A stretch of DNA of 20,000 nt from an uncultured virus (IMG/VR IMGVR_UViG_3300033816_001502) (Duplodnaviria; Heunggongvirae; Uroviricota; Caudoviricetes): the IMG/VR virus record IMGVR_UViG_3300033816_001502; one strand, 5' to 3'. Shown in pieces: positions 17,621 through 20,000 of the stretch. The position numbers and the translations under genes were made by a program. The first letter of the stretch is position 1, and every line of letters starts with the position of its first letter. Under the pieces are notes generated by a model. It was not told the origin of the DNA. It saw only the letters and a program-made list of their open reading frames with translations, and made no database searches.

Positions 17621-18439
17621 ATGCAAGAAAATAATAGTTCCTTCCAAACTTTGCCTACTGGAAAACCGCATGTTTCTTTTTCTGAGGTAAAGTTATGGAA
17701 GGAATGTTCTTTTAGACATCATCTAATTCATATTAAAAAGATTGATTTGTCTAAACCTTCTCCTGTTTTAGACTTTGGAACCGCTGTCCATGCATCTTGC
17801 GAAAAATATCTGTTGACTCGAGAGATGGATCAGCAGGTCGCGTTTAGTCATCTAGACAATGCTTGGAAGAAGCATGAAGACAATCCTGATTTTTCTAAAT
17901 CTGCTTTAGAGAAAGCTAAAGTTGAAGTATCTCAAATTCTATCTGAGGTTCCTGCATTTTTAGATAAAGAGTTTCCTGAATGGCAAGTCGTTGATGCAGA
18001 GCATCAACTTTATGAAGCCGTTGAAGGTCATCCTCATGCATTCAAAGGTTTTATTGATGGAGTCATTAAAGCCAAGGGTAAAAGAGGAGAAACAGTCTAT
18101 TGGATTCTCGATTGGAAAACTACTATAAGAGGGTGGTTTCGAGAAAAAAGATCAGACGACATGGTAAAAGCCCAGCTGGCTCTTTACAAAAACTATTGGT
18201 GTCAAAAAAATCCTAATGTTCCATTCAAGGATGTTAGATGCGGTTTTGTGCTTTTGAAAAAGTCAGCAAAACCAGGAGAACATTGCGAGTTATTTTCTGT
18301 TTCTCTTGGTGAGGTCCCAATTAAGAAATCTCTTAAGGTTGTTGGAAACATGTTGACCTCTGTCAAACGAGGCATTGCCATCAAAAATAGAGATGCATGC
18401 ACATACTGTGAGTATAAAGGCACTGAGCATTGCACATAA
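17621..18439 (+). CDS. PD-(D/E)xK nuclease, Cas4/AddB/RecB-like with four-cysteine Fe-S 'staple'
   Basis: HVSFSEVKLWKEC, FGTAVH, AEHQL, GFIDG, ILDWKT, QLALY, C-terminal CTYCEYKGTEHC. Confidence 0.9.
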   Translation: MQENNSSFQTLPTGKPHVSFSEVKLWKECSFRHHLIHIKKIDLSKPSPVLDFGTAVHASCEKYLLTREMDQQVAFSHLDNAWKKHEDNPDFSKSALEKAKVEVSQILSEVPAFLDKEFPEWQVVDAEHQLYEAVEGHPHAFKGFIDGVIKAKGKRGETVYWILDWKTTIRGWFREKRSDDMVKAQLALYKNYWCQKNPNVPFKDVRCGFVLLKKSAKPGEHCELFSVSLGEVPIKKSLKVVGNMLTSVKRGIAIKNRDACTYCEYKGTEHCT

Positions 18440-18499
18440 TTTTTTGTTAGTTTGATGAATTTTTATTACAACTTTTGAAAAGTAGGTAATATATCGTTG

Positions 18500-19744
18500 A
18501 TGCAGAAAAAGACAATATTGTTACTTTCAGATCACCCACTTTCTACGAGCGGAGTAGGAACTCAAGCTAGATGGTTGATTAATGGATTGATTTCTACAGG
18601 AAAATATAAGTTTAAGTGCTTCGGCGGTGCAATGAAGCATGAAGACTATAGAACGATTGTAGTAAATGAAGATTTCATTATCAAACCGACTAACGGATTT
18701 GGTGACAGAAATCTTTTGCGACAAGTCCTTGCGACTGAACGACCAGACGCTCTAATGCTATTTACCGATCCTAGATTTTTTATTTGGGTTTGGGAAATGG
18801 AGGATGAAATACATCAAATATGTCCAATCGCATACAATCATCTATGGGATAACGGTCCTTGGCCAGAATTCAATAAAGTGCTATATGAATCTACTGATTT
18901 AGTCAATTGTATAAATTGGCCCACCTATCAAATGGTTAAGGAAAGATTTCCAGAAAAAACCAACTATATTCCTCATGGAGTTCCAAAAGAAATCTATTAT
19001 CCTCTACCTGAAGATAATTCTAGAAAAAACAAAGTTAAGATCTTAGGTTCCGATAGAGCAGATCACTTTGTGGCTCTATATGTCTCTAGAAATGCTAGAA
19101 GAAAAATGCCAAGCGATATTTTAGTGTCTTGGAAGCAATTTTTAGATGCTTTGCAAGAAAAGCATGGTCATAAAAAAGCTACACTTTTGATGCATACAGA
19201 TCCTCTTGATCATGAAGGTCCTAATCTTTATCATGTTATTGAGATGCTTCAAATAGAAAATCATGTGAAATTTTCTAAGAGTAGAGTTGATTTTAATGAA
19301 ATGAGAGAAGTTTATTCGGCATGTGATACAATCGTTAATAGAAGCTCTAATGAAGGATTTGGTTTACCCACTTTAGAAGCTATGATGTGTGGAAAGCCCA
19401 TTATTGCTATTAAAACCGGAGGGTTAACTAGACAAGTTGAAGATCTAGAGACTGGTGAACAATATGGGATTGCATTAGAACCTGACGTTAAATCTCTGGT
19501 TGGTAATCAAATGGTACCTTTCATTTACGAAGATTTAGTTACTCATGAAAAATTAGCAAATGCATTTTTAGAAATGTATGAATGGGGTCCTGATAAGAGA
19601 AAGCAAGTCGGAATGAGAGCATTAGAACACGCTCACAAAGACTATGATCTAAAGAAGATTGTTTCTGATTGGGATGTTTCATTGACAAAACTGATTGAAA
19701 CTTGGAAAGACCAAAGAAAAGCTTGGGAGGTAAATTCTCTATGA
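18500..19744 (+). CDS. Glycosyltransferase, GT4/GT-B
   Basis: SGVGTQ, IPHGV, RNARRK, EGFGLPTLEAMMCGKPII; start ATG 18500 (or TTG 18497). Confidence 0.92.
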   Translation: MQKKTILLLSDHPLSTSGVGTQARWLINGLISTGKYKFKCFGGAMKHEDYRTIVVNEDFIIKPTNGFGDRNLLRQVLATERPDALMLFTDPRFFIWVWEMEDEIHQICPIAYNHLWDNGPWPEFNKVLYESTDLVNCINWPTYQMVKERFPEKTNYIPHGVPKEIYYPLPEDNSRKNKVKILGSDRADHFVALYVSRNARRKMPSDILVSWKQFLDALQEKHGHKKATLLMHTDPLDHEGPNLYHVIEMLQIENHVKFSKSRVDFNEMREVYSACDTIVNRSSNEGFGLPTLEAMMCGKPIIAIKTGGLTRQVEDLETGEQYGIALEPDVKSLVGNQMVPFIYEDLVTHEKLANAFLEMYEWGPDKRKQVGMRALEHAHKDYDLKKIVSDWDVSLTKLIETWKDQRKAWEVNSL

Positions 19745-20000
19745 AAACTGTAGTTCTCAGGGGTCCTGTGATGACGCAATCTGGATACGGAGTTCATAGT
19801 AGACAGGTAGCAAAGTGGTTAATTAATCAACCTGATATTTCCGTGAAATTTATGGCAACTCCTTGGGGAGATACTCCATGGATTTTAGATAAAGATTTTG
19901 ATGATGGATTGGTCGGAAAAATAATGGAAAGAACGGTTGGTCCTGATTACAAGGCAGACGTTTCTTTTCAACTTCAGCTTCCTAATGAATGGGATCCAAA
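19741..20000 (+). CDS. Partial GT4-like glycosyltransferase (runs off right edge)
   Basis: Hand translation MKTVVLRGPVMTQSGYGVHSRQVAKWL...PWGDTPW...FQLQLPNEWDP; SGYG is a GT4 N-terminal loop; ATGA overlap. Confidence 0.75.
   Translation, partial: MKTVVLRGPVMTQSGYGVHSRQVAKWLINQPDISVKFMATPWGDTPWILDKDFDDGLVGKIMERTVGPDYKADVSFQLQLPNEWDP

Noticed and set aside
18471..18483. Palindrome ACTTTT-G-AAAAGT upstream of the GT4 gene
   Set aside because: Only 6 bp, AT-rich, 1-nt loop; expected by chance.
17621..18499. CRISPR-Cas locus suggested by the Cas4-like gene
   Set aside because: No repeat-spacer array, cas1 or cas2 seen; intergenic gaps are too short to hold an array.
2098..18724. Short minus-strand or alternate-frame ORFs (2098, 2600, 2692, 5498, 6934, 9322, 12877, 13406, 16602, 16685, 17423, 18202, 18527)
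   Set aside because: All lie largely within well-supported plus-strand enzymes and show no recognisable motifs.
1195..20000. Eukaryotic giant virus (NCLDV) origin, suggested by the NRS/ER-like enzyme
   Set aside because: Overlapping operonic genes, SD sites, TTG/GTG starts and -35/-10 promoters indicate prokaryotic expression.
1..20000. Stop-codon recoding as in some jumbo phages
   Set aside because: Genes are full length in the standard code, and TGA, TAA and TAG all end genes at sensible positions.

Overview
AT-rich, gene-dense window using the standard code with prokaryotic signals (AGGAGG/AAGGAG Shine-Dalgarno sites, sigma70-type promoters). From 1195 to the right edge is one + strand glycan-biosynthesis island. 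It holds about 12 glycosyltransferase(-like) genes, an L-rhamnose-type module (RmlA, RmlB and a plant/giant-virus-type bifunctional 3,5-epimerase/4-reductase instead of RmlC+RmlD), and a PseB-like dehydratase + DegT-family aminotransferase + GNAT module. It also holds a short UDP-sugar dehydrogenase and a 4-Cys Cas4/AddB-like PD-(D/E)xK nuclease. No flippase, polymerase, ABC exporter or initiating phosphoglycosyltransferase is visible. Divergently on the - strand lie a coiled-coil protein with a C-terminal membrane anchor and an ORF missed by the track (1..421) that looks like a degenerate GroEL. The overall picture best fits a large/jumbo phage with its own glycosylation system; this is inference, as no hallmark virion gene is in the window. 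Four genes are preceded by TTGA(A/T)C-N17/18-TAnnnT-N6/7-start, implying leaderless mRNAs. In three of the four the -35 box contains the upstream gene's TGA stop.
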